From positions 1 through 62,265 of the IMG/VR virus record IMGVR_UViG_3300042291_000296: a stretch of 62,265 nucleotides of DNA; one strand, written 5' to 3'. The notes under the pieces are model-generated. The model was not told the origin of the DNA, searched no databases, and saw only the letters and a list, made by a program, of their open reading frames with translations. Source of the stretch: a virus. Its lineage: Duplodnaviria > Caudoviricetes. A program made the translations under genes and the position numbers. Below are positions 19,196-29,875 of the stretch, piece by piece (position 1 is the stretch's first letter; every line of letters starts with the position of its first letter).

Positions 19196-19960
19196 ATGGA
19201 AAAGATCAAAAGAGTAAAATTAGAACCTAAGGATAGGATCTATCTATTAAAAGGAGGAGCATCTCCACTAAGCTATTATATAGCATCAAAAGACACACCA
19301 AGAAAGAGGTTGCTTTACTATAACGAAGAGACAAACTCTAATCACGCACTTAGGTATGCTAGAAATTCTAATTCACCATTTCAAGAAGAACAAGACGCAA
19401 ATGTTATTTTGGAGCCTATTGTTTTTGAGGATGGGGTATTAAGTGTTCCAAAAAACAATCCTGTTCTGCAAGAGTTTTTACATTATCATCCAGGAAATGG
19501 TGGTGATTTTTATGAGTTCGACAATGAAAAGGATGCTCAGGAAGACATGATGATGTTGTATGACCAACTTGATGCACAGTTAGCAGCAAGAGACTTAGAT
19601 GTTTCTACACTTGAGTCAGTAGCAAGATTGTTGATGGGATCAAATGTAGAATCAATGAAGACCTCTGAATTAAAGAGAGACGTTATGATGTTTGCAAAAC
19701 GATACCCTCAAGACTTTATGGAGGCTATTAATGACCCAGCACTAAGAGTAACAAATATAGCTGCTAGAGCTATGTCTGATGGATACTTATCTTATCGAAA
19801 CAATAAGAAAGAGATCTTTTATAACCTTAAGGACAATAAGAAAAAATTAATGACAATTCCATTTGGAGAGGATCCATTGTATGTACTGTCTTCTTATCTA
19901 CAGTCTGACGAGGGATTAGATCTATACAAATACCTTGACGATAAGTTCTCAGAAAATTAG
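19196..19960 (+). CDS. Conserved hypothetical protein after MCP
   Basis: 254-aa ORF; LRYARNSNSPF and LQEFLHYHPGN. Confidence 0.7.
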   Translation: MEKIKRVKLEPKDRIYLLKGGASPLSYYIASKDTPRKRLLYYNEETNSNHALRYARNSNSPFQEEQDANVILEPIVFEDGVLSVPKNNPVLQEFLHYHPGNGGDFYEFDNEKDAQEDMMMLYDQLDAQLAARDLDVSTLESVARLLMGSNVESMKTSELKRDVMMFAKRYPQDFMEAINDPALRVTNIAARAMSDGYLSYRNNKKEIFYNLKDNKKKLMTIPFGEDPLYVLSSYLQSDEGLDLYKYLDDKFSEN

Positions 19961-20000
19961 TATATTTGTACTTTATAAACCCATTTAAACTTTTTAAACA

Positions 20001-20285
20001 ATGGAAAAATTTTTAAGATTCCCTATTTCTGGTAGCACATACATCTTAGTATCTGCAACAAACATTGCATTAATCAGCCAACTTACTGGTACTACTACTG
20101 CAATTTATTACAAGTCTGGTGGTTCTGCTACTGATGTTGTAACAATTACTCACGCATCTTTAAGTAATGATGGATTTCGTGACTTCGTTCAGAATCAAGT
20201 AATCAATGCGTTACAAACGCCTTGGACTGCTGTTTCTTTTGATGTTACTCCTCCTGTAGCTGTATCAGGTATTGCTATAGCTTAA
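20001..20285 (+). CDS. Small structural (decoration-like) protein
   Basis: Own TATATTTG box (19961) and terminator; MCP-like codon bias. Confidence 0.6.
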   Translation: MEKFLRFPISGSTYILVSATNIALISQLTGTTTAIYYKSGGSATDVVTITHASLSNDGFRDFVQNQVINALQTPWTAVSFDVTPPVAVSGIAIA

Positions 20286-20306
20286 TTTTAAGGTAATTTA
20301 AAAATG

Positions 20307-20337
20307 AAAGGGCACTTAGTTTAAGTGCCTTTTTTTA
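20307..20337 (+). terminator. Rho-independent terminator
   Basis: GGCACTTA-gtt-TAAGTGCC hairpin plus T run. Confidence 0.8.
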
Positions 20338-20361
20338 TTTATCTTTGTAAAAAGCATCCCA

Positions 20362-21090
20362 ATGATAGATGACGTTAGACGTACCGTACTAAACATAGTA
20401 AACAAAGATAATAGAGGTTACATAACTCCTGATGAATTTAATACATTTGCTAGGATGGCTCAAAATGAAATATTTGAGCAGTACATGTACTCGTATACAA
20501 ATGAGATAGTTAAGCAAAATAATCGACTGAATGGCGAGGGGTATTCAAATATCCCACAAAAGATATCAGAGATGATTGACAGGTTTTCGGTGTATACCCC
20601 ACTTACATATGATGCAGCTCCTGCAAAGTTTAATACGCCTACTGACTATTACTACATAGAGAAGATAGTGTACAACAATGTTACCGAAGTAGAAAGGGTT
20701 GAGCATAGCAAGATTTTCAATCTACTGGCATCAAACTTGACTGCTCCAACGGTGAACTATCCAGTTTATATATTGTCAACTGGAACATCGAGTGTCTTGA
20801 ATCCACAGCTGTTGTCTGAGGACATAAAAATTTATCCTTTATCTATTACCAATAACGTACTCATAAGGTACATAAGATACCCACACATCCCACTTTGGTC
20901 ATTTATATCTACTCCAAATGGTGAGGCTTTATTTGATTCAGCAAGCTCTGTTGATTTTGAGTTACCAGACAGCGACTTTGTTAATTTAGTTGTAAAGATA
21001 CTACAGTATGCAGGTATTTCGATAAGAGAACAAGAGGTGGCAGCGGCAGCAAAATCAGAAGAGATACAGGACGCTCAACAAAAACAATAA
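20362..21090 (+). CDS. Head-tail ring/adaptor protein
   Basis: NKDNRGYITPDEFN..A..AQ N-terminus and DFELP...LVVKILQYAG C-terminus resemble crAss/phi38:1-type ring proteins. Confidence 0.7.
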   Translation: MIDDVRRTVLNIVNKDNRGYITPDEFNTFARMAQNEIFEQYMYSYTNEIVKQNNRLNGEGYSNIPQKISEMIDRFSVYTPLTYDAAPAKFNTPTDYYYIEKIVYNNVTEVERVEHSKIFNLLASNLTAPTVNYPVYILSTGTSSVLNPQLLSEDIKIYPLSITNNVLIRYIRYPHIPLWSFISTPNGEALFDSASSVDFELPDSDFVNLVVKILQYAGISIREQEVAAAAKSEEIQDAQQKQ

Positions 21091-21093
21091 GAT

Positions 21094-22002
21094 ATGTCAT
21101 ATATAACTAATTATCAGTACTACACAAATAATGGGACTATCCCACAAGATACCAACTGGGGGTCTTATCAGTACGTAAGTCTATTTGACATTGTTAACAA
21201 CTTTATGCTTATGTATGTAGGCAACGACAAGCTGGTAAACAATGTTGATAGGTACACGCTATTGTTTCATGCAAAGAGAGCTGTGCAGGAGTTAAACTAT
21301 GACGCACTTAGAAATATTAAGGTTCTAGAGATAGAGATGGGAGACGATCTAAAGTTGATCCTTCCTCCAGACTACGTGAACTATGTTAGAATATCAATGC
21401 TTCGTAATGGGCTACTTATCCCATTGGTTGAGAATAGGACGGTAATGTCAGCAACGGCTTACCTACAAGACAATGACCTAGAGGTTGTGTTTGATTCAAA
21501 CGGTCAGGTTGTGATCGCTGACTCAAAGCTAGACATACTAAGACAAAATAAGGAGCTATACACTGGCCCAGGTGCGTATAACGGATCTATGGGATGGTGC
21601 TGTAATGGTGACTGGTTCTTTGGGTATAGACTAGGGCAGCGGTACGGAATGAATCCTGAAGACTCTAACATTAATCCTAAGTTTTCAATCAACAAATCAT
21701 CAGGGATAATTGATTTTTCTAGTGGTGTTGAGAATTCATTCATCATACTTGAGTACGTGTCAGACGGAATGGAGAATGGTGACGAGACAAAAATCACAAT
21801 AAATAAATTAGCAGAAGAGTATCTATATTCTTACCTAAAGTGGGCTGTGCTTAATAATAAAATTGGTGTTCAAGAGTACGCCATTGCTAGAGTTAAGAAA
21901 GAGAAGACAGCGACCCTTAGAAATACTAAAATACGACTAAGTAACATGCACCCATCAAGGCTATTAATGAGCTTGAGAGGTAAAGATAAATGGATTAAAT
22001 AA
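21094..22002 (+). CDS. Tail ring/tubular structural protein
   Basis: AKRAVQELNYD, LPPDYVNYVRIS, ILEYVSDG; position in the tail module. Confidence 0.7.
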   Translation: MSYITNYQYYTNNGTIPQDTNWGSYQYVSLFDIVNNFMLMYVGNDKLVNNVDRYTLLFHAKRAVQELNYDALRNIKVLEIEMGDDLKLILPPDYVNYVRISMLRNGLLIPLVENRTVMSATAYLQDNDLEVVFDSNGQVVIADSKLDILRQNKELYTGPGAYNGSMGWCCNGDWFFGYRLGQRYGMNPEDSNINPKFSINKSSGIIDFSSGVENSFIILEYVSDGMENGDETKITINKLAEEYLYSYLKWAVLNNKIGVQEYAIARVKKEKTATLRNTKIRLSNMHPSRLLMSLRGKDKWIK

Positions 22003-22004
22003 TT

Positions 22005-25000
22005 ATGCCTGACTTACAAAGAACATTCCTTGCTGGAAAGATGAACAAAGATATTGACGAAAGGCTACTGCCTGACGGACAATATCGACATGGGCTAAAT
22101 ATTACCATAGACACATCTTCTGGATCTAATATAGGCGCACTTCAGAACGGATTGGGTGCGACAAAAGTATACCCTATTACACAGGTAGTAAATAGCTTTG
22201 TCGGACAAGAAAGTACAACTAAAACTATAGGTGCGGTTGCGTATGAGGCTAAAAACCTTATATATTGGTTTGTTACATGTTCCACATCAAGTGCTATAAT
22301 AGAGTACAACCAAGATAGCGGTGTATCGTCAAGAGTACTTGAGTGTACTGTATCTGGTGGTAACTATCTAAATTTTGACTCAAAAAGGATAATAACAGGT
22401 GTGAATTACTTAGAGGGAGAGGACGGTGACTCGTACTTATTCTGGACTGACAACTATAACCCACCTAGAAGAATTAACATATCAAGGTGCAAGTCTTATG
22501 GTCAAAATGACCCAAGAATTCCATTAGACATAAATGTTATTCTTAACCCTCCAATGAACGCTCCGTACATATTCTTAAGTAATGACAGTGCAATCCAAAC
22601 AAATAATCTAGAGGAGAAGTTTTTATATTTTGCGTATAGATATAAGTACATAGATAACGAGTACAGCTCAATATCTCCGTTCTCTTCAGTTGCATTTGTT
22701 CCAGGACAGCTTAACATAGACTTTGAAACTGGTGACAATAAGGGAATGGTCAATACTATAAACAAAGCTGATATTACATTCGAGACAGGAAATCAATTTG
22801 TAACAGAGATACAGCTACTTGTTAGAGACACACGTAGCTTAAATGTAATGATCATTGAGAACCTGAACAAGGCAAACATGTCAATACAAAGTAATACTAC
22901 GTTTAGCTTTACATTTAGAAATAACAAGATATATGCCCCAATATCTGCAGATCAGATAACAAGACTATTTGACAATGTACCGTTAAGAGCTCAGGCACAA
23001 GACATGATAGGGAACAGGTTGCTATATGGTAACTACCTACAATTTAGAAACATTGCAGACTGCAATGACGTTGGCATAAACATGAATTTTACTGTTAACT
23101 ATGCATCATCTGCTGTTGTAAACACTTTATATCCAAAGCCAACATTTAGAAGTGACAGGGACTACGAGATAGGTATTATGTATGGTGATGAATATGGACG
23201 TATGACAACGGCACTCACGTCTACCGAGAGTAATACTTCAAACAGTAGTAGCAACGCTGTATATATTCCACCAACAAATTCAGATACAGCAAATAGTCTA
23301 ATTGTTGAAATAAAAAATTCTCCTCCTTGCTGGGCTACAAACTATAGACTTGTAATAAAACAGGCTAAACAGACATACTACAATATATTTCCAAGGTTAT
23401 TTTATGCAAGTGGGTCATTTAGATACTTTTTGATTAACGAGTCAGATAGAGACAAATTTAAGGTTGGTGGATATTTAATATTTAAAACAGCTACTGGAGG
23501 TGCTACTCACGTAAATAAACAGTTTAAGATACTAGAGCTAGAACAAAAGGCGGCAGCGTTTATACCTAATGCTATCGAGGGTTTATATTTTAAGATTAAA
23601 ATTGACTCAGGAGACGTATTTTTAATTGCTCCTACGGCACAAACTTGTGGTGGTACAGCTCTAGGAACTAATAATCCAAATTCTAGTCCACTAGCTTTGG
23701 GGTACACTGTTCCTGTACTTGTAAATAGTTCTAATGCTGCTGGAACTGGTGGATATATGAATATGCAAGTTAGATATACAACATCTCCTATATTTTATGG
23801 TAGTAGTACATCAAATGCAGGGGCAATGATTACTAGCTTTCAAGATCCAGGTATTCAAGCCATTGCTGGATCTAATGGCATAGGAGTTTCAAATCTTTTT
23901 TATGGGGGTATAGATTTAAGATATACAATACAGATAAGACCTGGAAATAAGTACAGATATACTTCTGATGTTGCTGGTCTTATAGGGTGGTCAGCAGATA
24001 TTCCAATAACTATAAATACATTACACTACATAAATTTACCTCCAGGGCAAACTGGTTCGGCTATTAACTTACCAAACTTAGCATTTGTTGTTAAATGGAC
24101 TTCTACATCTGTATCTCTAGGAGATAAATTTATTGTTAATTGTAGATCTGTAAACGGGAATAATTATTTTAATAGTTCAAATGGTAATAATGGAGGATTA
24201 TTAGAAACACACTACAAAAAAACAGGTGGTTTTGCAATAGTTAACTGTAACTGTAATGGACCAGTGTATGCAGGTGCCTTAATATCAATTACAATAAAAA
24301 GAGATAAATATAATCCAAATGCATATACAACGCTACAAACATTTCCTGCCTCTCAACAGAACTATAATAATATAGAGGAGTGGTTTATAGAGTCAGGGGC
24401 GTATCTGTTGTTTAAAGAAAATGATAATGGTGGATCTGATATTGGTAGTCGTGGTGTATGGTTTAGAAATACAACTGGTGCTGCACAGACACAAGTATAT
24501 CCCCCATACCCATCAATAGCAAATATTCAGCTATATAATTCAACTGCTGGAAATCAAGAAGCAACTAATTTTACATACAATAGATGGGATGGAACTAATG
24601 TGAAAATGTTTCTAAAGGGATATGGGAAAAGAGATGGAAATAATAAGCAAAACGTAATTGAAACCTATTTTACAATAACACAAACACCTCCATCTAATTT
24701 TATTGTGTGCGAAACTGTTCCATCCGAGAATGATGTAGATATATTTCACGAACTAACCAAGACGTATCCAATTATAAATAATAAGCATATATCAAGGTGG
24801 CAGTATAATACAAAACAAAATGCTGTAGGATTTACTAGGTTAACACAAACAGCTAAAACTCAACCACATTATTTTACTGTTGGAGAAAAGGTATATGTAA
24901 ATTCAGTTGGAATAACACCAACAACATCATACACAATCACTGCTGTACCTAGCAGATACGCTATAGTTATAGACCTTCCGTTCCCTGGTGGACCAACAGT

Positions 25001-26081
25001 TCCTGGAGGCGTGGCATACACTATTGGTGAGAAAGATCAAACGTCTGTAACAACTGGCGCAACAATACAACTAAATCATCCAGACTCTGTAAACAGTGAC
25101 TACAATGCCTTTTGTTTTGGGAATGGCCTAGAGTCATACAGGATTAAGGACGATTTTGCAAATGCAACCATGGGTTATAGCCCAAGAGTTACAACAATAA
25201 TAGAAGACTACTCTGAGCAAAATCAATTTGCATCGTTAACCTATAGCGGAATATTTAGGGGTGACTCATCTGTAAATAGACTAAATGAGTTCAACCTATC
25301 ACTTGCAAATTTTATGAATTTAGATAAGCAGTACGGGCCCGTAAGAAAGCTGCATGCTAGAGACTCAGATCTATTGGTTTTACATCAAGACAAGGTCACA
25401 TCTGTACTGTATGGTAAGAACTTACTAGTTGATGCTTTAGGCGGAGGACAGGTAGCATCTATACCAGAAGTACTTGGTAATCAGATAGCATATCCAGGGG
25501 AGTACGGTATAAGTAATAACCCTGAGAGCTTTGCTTATAATGGAGGCGAAATTTACTTTACAGACGAAAAAAGAGGTGTTGTACTAAAGTTAACTGGGAA
25601 TCAAATAGCTAACATATCATCAGATGGTATGACAGACTACTTTAGAGACTTAATGATCGACACAACGAATAAGCAAAAAATAGGGGGATATGACCCATAC
25701 AACAGGGCGTATGTAATTTCTTCTAACCAAACATCAACAATACCCTGTCAGTTGGTATTGTTTCCAACTCAGAAATCAGTATCAGCCGCTACGGGTGGTA
25801 TATCCATGTTTTTATTTGCTATAAATACGCCTCAGTCTACGTGGAATTTACAGGTGATAGATGATGGATTTGGGGTAAATTGGGTATCATATTATGTTCC
25901 ACCAGGAGGATATGACCAGTTAGTATATGGAAATATTGCAAGTAACAACACGGGGATAGTAAGAACAGTTACATTCAGAGTATATTATTGTGGACTCTTA
26001 TTTAAGCAGTTTATATTAACACAGGGGATAGGTACTCTTACTGGAATAACAAACATTGTACTAACAAATCCAACATCTTAA
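22005..26081 (+). CDS. Tail muzzle/stabilization protein, N-terminal part, with C-terminal BACON-like domain
   Basis: FLAGKMNKDIDERLLPDGQY, LFWTDNYNPPRRIN, GNRLLYGNY, YGISNNPESFA, IGGYD; ends with W...WVS...N..GIVRTVTF...TQ. Confidence 0.8.
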   Translation: MPDLQRTFLAGKMNKDIDERLLPDGQYRHGLNITIDTSSGSNIGALQNGLGATKVYPITQVVNSFVGQESTTKTIGAVAYEAKNLIYWFVTCSTSSAIIEYNQDSGVSSRVLECTVSGGNYLNFDSKRIITGVNYLEGEDGDSYLFWTDNYNPPRRINISRCKSYGQNDPRIPLDINVILNPPMNAPYIFLSNDSAIQTNNLEEKFLYFAYRYKYIDNEYSSISPFSSVAFVPGQLNIDFETGDNKGMVNTINKADITFETGNQFVTEIQLLVRDTRSLNVMIIENLNKANMSIQSNTTFSFTFRNNKIYAPISADQITRLFDNVPLRAQAQDMIGNRLLYGNYLQFRNIADCNDVGINMNFTVNYASSAVVNTLYPKPTFRSDRDYEIGIMYGDEYGRMTTALTSTESNTSNSSSNAVYIPPTNSDTANSLIVEIKNSPPCWATNYRLVIKQAKQTYYNIFPRLFYASGSFRYFLINESDRDKFKVGGYLIFKTATGGATHVNKQFKILELEQKAAAFIPNAIEGLYFKIKIDSGDVFLIAPTAQTCGGTALGTNNPNSSPLALGYTVPVLVNSSNAAGTGGYMNMQVRYTTSPIFYGSSTSNAGAMITSFQDPGIQAIAGSNGIGVSNLFYGGIDLRYTIQIRPGNKYRYTSDVAGLIGWSADIPITINTLHYINLPPGQTGSAINLPNLAFVVKWTSTSVSLGDKFIVNCRSVNGNNYFNSSNGNNGGLLETHYKKTGGFAIVNCNCNGPVYAGALISITIKRDKYNPNAYTTLQTFPASQQNYNNIEEWFIESGAYLLFKENDNGGSDIGSRGVWFRNTTGAAQTQVYPPYPSIANIQLYNSTAGNQEATNFTYNRWDGTNVKMFLKGYGKRDGNNKQNVIETYFTITQTPPSNFIVCETVPSENDVDIFHELTKTYPIINNKHISRWQYNTKQNAVGFTRLTQTAKTQPHYFTVGEKVYVNSVGITPTTSYTITAVPSRYAIVIDLPFPGGPTVPGGVAYTIGEKDQTSVTTGATIQLNHPDSVNSDYNAFCFGNGLESYRIKDDFANATMGYSPRVTTIIEDYSEQNQFASLTYSGIFRGDSSVNRLNEFNLSLANFMNLDKQYGPVRKLHARDSDLLVLHQDKVTSVLYGKNLLVDALGGGQVASIPEVLGNQIAYPGEYGISNNPESFAYNGGEIYFTDEKRGVVLKLTGNQIANISSDGMTDYFRDLMIDTTNKQKIGGYDPYNRAYVISSNQTSTIPCQLVLFPTQKSVSAATGGISMFLFAINTPQSTWNLQVIDDGFGVNWVSYYVPPGGYDQLVYGNIASNNTGIVRTVTFRVYYCGLLFKQFILTQGIGTLTGITNIVLTNPTS

Positions 26082-26085
26082 TAAA

Positions 26086-28935
26086 ATGAATACAAATCAA
26101 TCGTTTGAATATACAGGCAGCTCTCAGTACGACATAAACAATGTTATACTTAGTAATGCTAGCATTGCATTATTTGATACGTTGACTGGAGTTGGTGGGG
26201 TTGACTTTATGCCATCTAACGGGTCAGTTGTTACAGTAAAGTCTGGAGATCCATCTGGAGCATTTACTGACTTAGTACCTACACTAAATAATAAGCTATA
26301 CTACTTGGTATCAGATCAACTTTATAGTCAGTCAGACAGAGATATAATAATAGCCGACCGAATAGAAATACCTGTAATTTATAACTATGGAATATATGAG
26401 GGTACGTTCACCTTTGTCAATCCAAATGACTATGAATATCTTTATTTATTGTGGGACTATTCTGACAATATTGGAACAGGTACCGTGTCGTTTTTAGGTG
26501 AAACATCAGATAGGTCTATATCTTTTCCACTTGGAGGTGATATTGGTATAACAGGTATAAACTATAATGCAATAGATTATCCTACTAGATTTCAGATAAT
26601 GTGGGGTGACGTTATTGTTGCTGACTCGCAGTATGTTGGGTTAAATTCATTGGCAAACTACAATGCATTAATAGCTTATGGTGTAGACCCATCAAATATA
26701 GCACTGCAATCACCGTATGATGGACTAGTAAATAATGGTGTTGGGAGTCTATTATTTAAAAAGTTTGCTGCTGGAACTGGATTTGACGATGCTACAATTA
26801 TAGTATCATCTCCTGTTTCTGTAAGTTCAATTTGGATTGTAAGCAAGATCGATACATATTTAAATACCTTTTGGATAGATATAACTGATGGTACTGATGC
26901 CGATGTGTGCACTCAGTGTCCTTTAGACATGTACTATCATAATGGCTCAGGATTACTTCCAGTGTCAGGTGACACCATATACACAACCTCAGATGGTCTG
27001 TCAGTGTTCGATGGTAATGATGCATATCATATGATTGATACCTCTATATGTGCTATTCCAACGCCTGTAAATAAGACATACTGTCTGGTAAGTGATTCAG
27101 GTATAGTAGTATCTGTATCTGCATGTAACTGCCCTGATTTTGCGGTACCATTTATATATCAAGAGGATATATACTTTAATATAAATGAAAATGTAAATAT
27201 ACCAATAAGTGTGACTAATTCTCCAACATCGTGGACCGTTGACACTCTATGTCGTCAGTATATATTGACAGGTGGTACTGATTCTACATTGTTTGAGTAT
27301 ACTGACTGTGATGGAAATTCAAAGAATATAACAGTATCACAAGGGTTTGACATGCAAATATGTACACTATCATATCCAACTGTTGTGCGAGGTAGTGGAT
27401 CGATTTCAGACAATGGCAAATGTAACTCTGTAGTTTTTCCATCTGGGATTACATTTGAAAATGGGATACTATCTGGAACCGTAAACGAGGCCACAAATTT
27501 TAATGTAGACTTAATTGCTGCAAATTGTTTTGGAGACAGCGACCCTAGAACAATAGGTGTGTACATAGGACAGTCAAGTGATTATAATCCATTTTTAATA
27601 GATATAGAACAATTTAAAAAAACATCTGCTGACTGTTGCACTATAACACCATCGTTTACGCTTTCATACTTTATTGGTTCTGGACTAGTTCCAACAAAGG
27701 GAGATCAAATATTTTTAGATAGAAATCAAGAAGACTTTATTATTGGTGGGAATAAGTGGTACTATATAGACAAGTCAGACTACGTAATAAAGGTTGACTC
27801 GAATGGATACGTAAATGATATAGCTGTGTGTCCTGGTAGTACTACAACAACAACGACTACTACCACCACCACATTACCTGCTGGTGATTATTTTGAGGCA
27901 ACGTCTTGTTCAGATCCAACTATATCTGTAACATTATTAGATTCAAGTATGTTTGGGATATTGGTTGGAGATGTAGTTAAGACTACAGACGGCAACTGCT
28001 GGACCATAACAGCATCATCTATTGGAGGATTTCCATTTTACTATATAGAGAATCCAGTTACTATATACCCAGACTGTTCAACGTGTACGGGCACAACGAC
28101 TACTACAACTACGACTACGACAACCACAGCTCCAGTCATTACTCCATTTAGTATGGACATTACTGGTCTTAATTCTAGCTTTAATACGTGCAACATAACA
28201 CCCTCTCTAACAACTATGTACCATAATGGTGCTGGCCCTAATCCAATAGTAAACGACTTTGTTTACTCTGATGCATTGGGTGCTAATTTGTTTAATGGTG
28301 GTTACCTATGGTACTACTCTGATAATGGCGGTGTACTAGCTGCGATTAACATAGCTGATACGGGGCAGGTGTTGCAGTTTGATACATGTCTGTACGTTAC
28401 TACTACAACCACAACGACCACAATACCGTTATTCTATTATTATGGTGAGAAGTGCACAAACTTGGGCGGTCCTTCATACTTACTAGAGTATCAGAATCTA
28501 TCTGGTCTTGATATTGGAGCAATAGTAAAAGATAGTGCTGGTGAGTGTTACGAGATAATGTCGGTTACAGTCCCAGGTATAGTTGACGGAACAATATTCT
28601 TTCAGTATAACAACTGTGCTGACTGCATAGGAGTTACTACGACTACGACTACTACAACTACTACGACTACTACAACTACGACGACTACTACTACGACTAC
28701 TATGCCACCACTGACAGAGGTGATTTGTAAGGCTGGGTCATACATTAACGTATGTAGTGGAGATATATCATTATACTACATTACAGATCCACTTGGATCA
28801 ATGGTAGTAAGTAATATATACACAGACCCATCTGGATTAATATTGGCTCCAGCAAATTACTATATGCTTTTTGATGGGTCAATTGCCTATGAGTGGGATG
28901 GGGCTATATGGACTGGAAACACTAAAAACTGTTAA
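26086..28935 (+). CDS. Cys-rich, poly-Thr (mucin-like) virion protein
   Basis: 949 aa, acidic; repeated Cys-bounded modules joined by Thr tracts of 11, 12, 8 and 22 residues. Confidence 0.75.
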   Translation: MNTNQSFEYTGSSQYDINNVILSNASIALFDTLTGVGGVDFMPSNGSVVTVKSGDPSGAFTDLVPTLNNKLYYLVSDQLYSQSDRDIIIADRIEIPVIYNYGIYEGTFTFVNPNDYEYLYLLWDYSDNIGTGTVSFLGETSDRSISFPLGGDIGITGINYNAIDYPTRFQIMWGDVIVADSQYVGLNSLANYNALIAYGVDPSNIALQSPYDGLVNNGVGSLLFKKFAAGTGFDDATIIVSSPVSVSSIWIVSKIDTYLNTFWIDITDGTDADVCTQCPLDMYYHNGSGLLPVSGDTIYTTSDGLSVFDGNDAYHMIDTSICAIPTPVNKTYCLVSDSGIVVSVSACNCPDFAVPFIYQEDIYFNINENVNIPISVTNSPTSWTVDTLCRQYILTGGTDSTLFEYTDCDGNSKNITVSQGFDMQICTLSYPTVVRGSGSISDNGKCNSVVFPSGITFENGILSGTVNEATNFNVDLIAANCFGDSDPRTIGVYIGQSSDYNPFLIDIEQFKKTSADCCTITPSFTLSYFIGSGLVPTKGDQIFLDRNQEDFIIGGNKWYYIDKSDYVIKVDSNGYVNDIAVCPGSTTTTTTTTTTTLPAGDYFEATSCSDPTISVTLLDSSMFGILVGDVVKTTDGNCWTITASSIGGFPFYYIENPVTIYPDCSTCTGTTTTTTTTTTTTAPVITPFSMDITGLNSSFNTCNITPSLTTMYHNGAGPNPIVNDFVYSDALGANLFNGGYLWYYSDNGGVLAAINIADTGQVLQFDTCLYVTTTTTTTTIPLFYYYGEKCTNLGGPSYLLEYQNLSGLDIGAIVKDSAGECYEIMSVTVPGIVDGTIFFQYNNCADCIGVTTTTTTTTTTTTTTTTTTTTTTMPPLTEVICKAGSYINVCSGDISLYYITDPLGSMVVSNIYTDPSGLILAPANYYMLFDGSIAYEWDGAIWTGNTKNC
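27841..28701 (+). repeat. Four poly-Thr (ACN)n tracts: 27841-27873, 28093-28128, 28399-28422, 28636-28701
   Basis: Read directly; mixed ACT/ACA/ACG/ACC codons. Confidence 0.95.
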
Positions 28936-29855
28936 TGAAGAGACTACGATTTTTATCTGCACAGCCAGCAATAGATTATTATTCTTGGCAGGTAGAGGTT
29001 TATATACATAACTTTATAAGTCTTGGTTATAAAGAAAACCATATAGATATTGTTGCAGGCTATCAAGAAGACATACCTGAGTCATGGATAAAGCTACAGA
29101 AGAGATTTCCAAAGGCTAGATTTTTTTTCTATGAAGACACTATGGGAGAGTGTAAATATCTTCCAGCAATACAGGGTCATTTATTAAAAAAACATTTTAA
29201 GGCCCATCCATATCTAAAGAGAGACGCTATATTTTTTCATGATGCTGATTTTTTATTTACTAAATACTTTGATTTCTCAAAGTTTCTACATGATGACATT
29301 TGGTACTTCTCTGATACCATTAGCTATATAGGTTACGATTATATAATGAGCAAGGGCGAGGAGGTATTAGATGCTATGTGTGAAACAGTTGGTATAGATA
29401 AAGATGTTATCAAGAACAACCAGAAGAACAGTGGTGGAGCACAGAAGCTATTTAAAAATATAGACCATGAGTACTGGGAGCAGGTGGAGGAATACTCTTT
29501 AAAACTGTACGATGTTTTAATGGACAATCAACATGTAAAGAAGGAGGGAGACCCATACCCAATACAGGCATGGACGGCAAGCATGTGGGTAGAGCTTTGG
29601 ATGGGATGGAAGCTAGGGCATACCGTTGTTGTTCCTAGTGAGTTTGATTTTTGTTGGGCCACGTGCCCTGTATCAAGATGGGAGAGCGTCAATTTTTTTC
29701 ATAACGCAGGTGTAATGAATGATAAATCTGGAATGTTTTGTAAGGCAAAGTACATGGACAAGTATCCGTTCAAAGAAGACTTGAATGTTGTGCCAGAGAG
29801 GTGCTCTTATATGTACTATAAGCTATTGAAATCTATCGATACTTGTCTTGAGTAA
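28935..29855 (+). CDS. Putative protein O-glycosyltransferase (GT-A; plant SERGT1/HPAT, GT96/GT95-like)
   Basis: YYSWQ, KYLPAI, FFHDADFLF (DxD), GGAQ, WTASMW, FFHNAG; TAATG-coupled to the poly-Thr gene. Confidence 0.65.
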   Translation: MKRLRFLSAQPAIDYYSWQVEVYIHNFISLGYKENHIDIVAGYQEDIPESWIKLQKRFPKARFFFYEDTMGECKYLPAIQGHLLKKHFKAHPYLKRDAIFFHDADFLFTKYFDFSKFLHDDIWYFSDTISYIGYDYIMSKGEEVLDAMCETVGIDKDVIKNNQKNSGGAQKLFKNIDHEYWEQVEEYSLKLYDVLMDNQHVKKEGDPYPIQAWTASMWVELWMGWKLGHTVVVPSEFDFCWATCPVSRWESVNFFHNAGVMNDKSGMFCKAKYMDKYPFKEDLNVVPERCSYMYYKLLKSIDTCLE

Positions 29856-29875
29856 TTTTTTTGTAAATTTGTACT

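Noticed and set aside
27841-28701. Poly-Thr tracts as phase-variable microsatellites or a DGR target
   Set aside because: Codons are mixed and in frame, and there is no reverse transcriptase or template/variable repeat pair.
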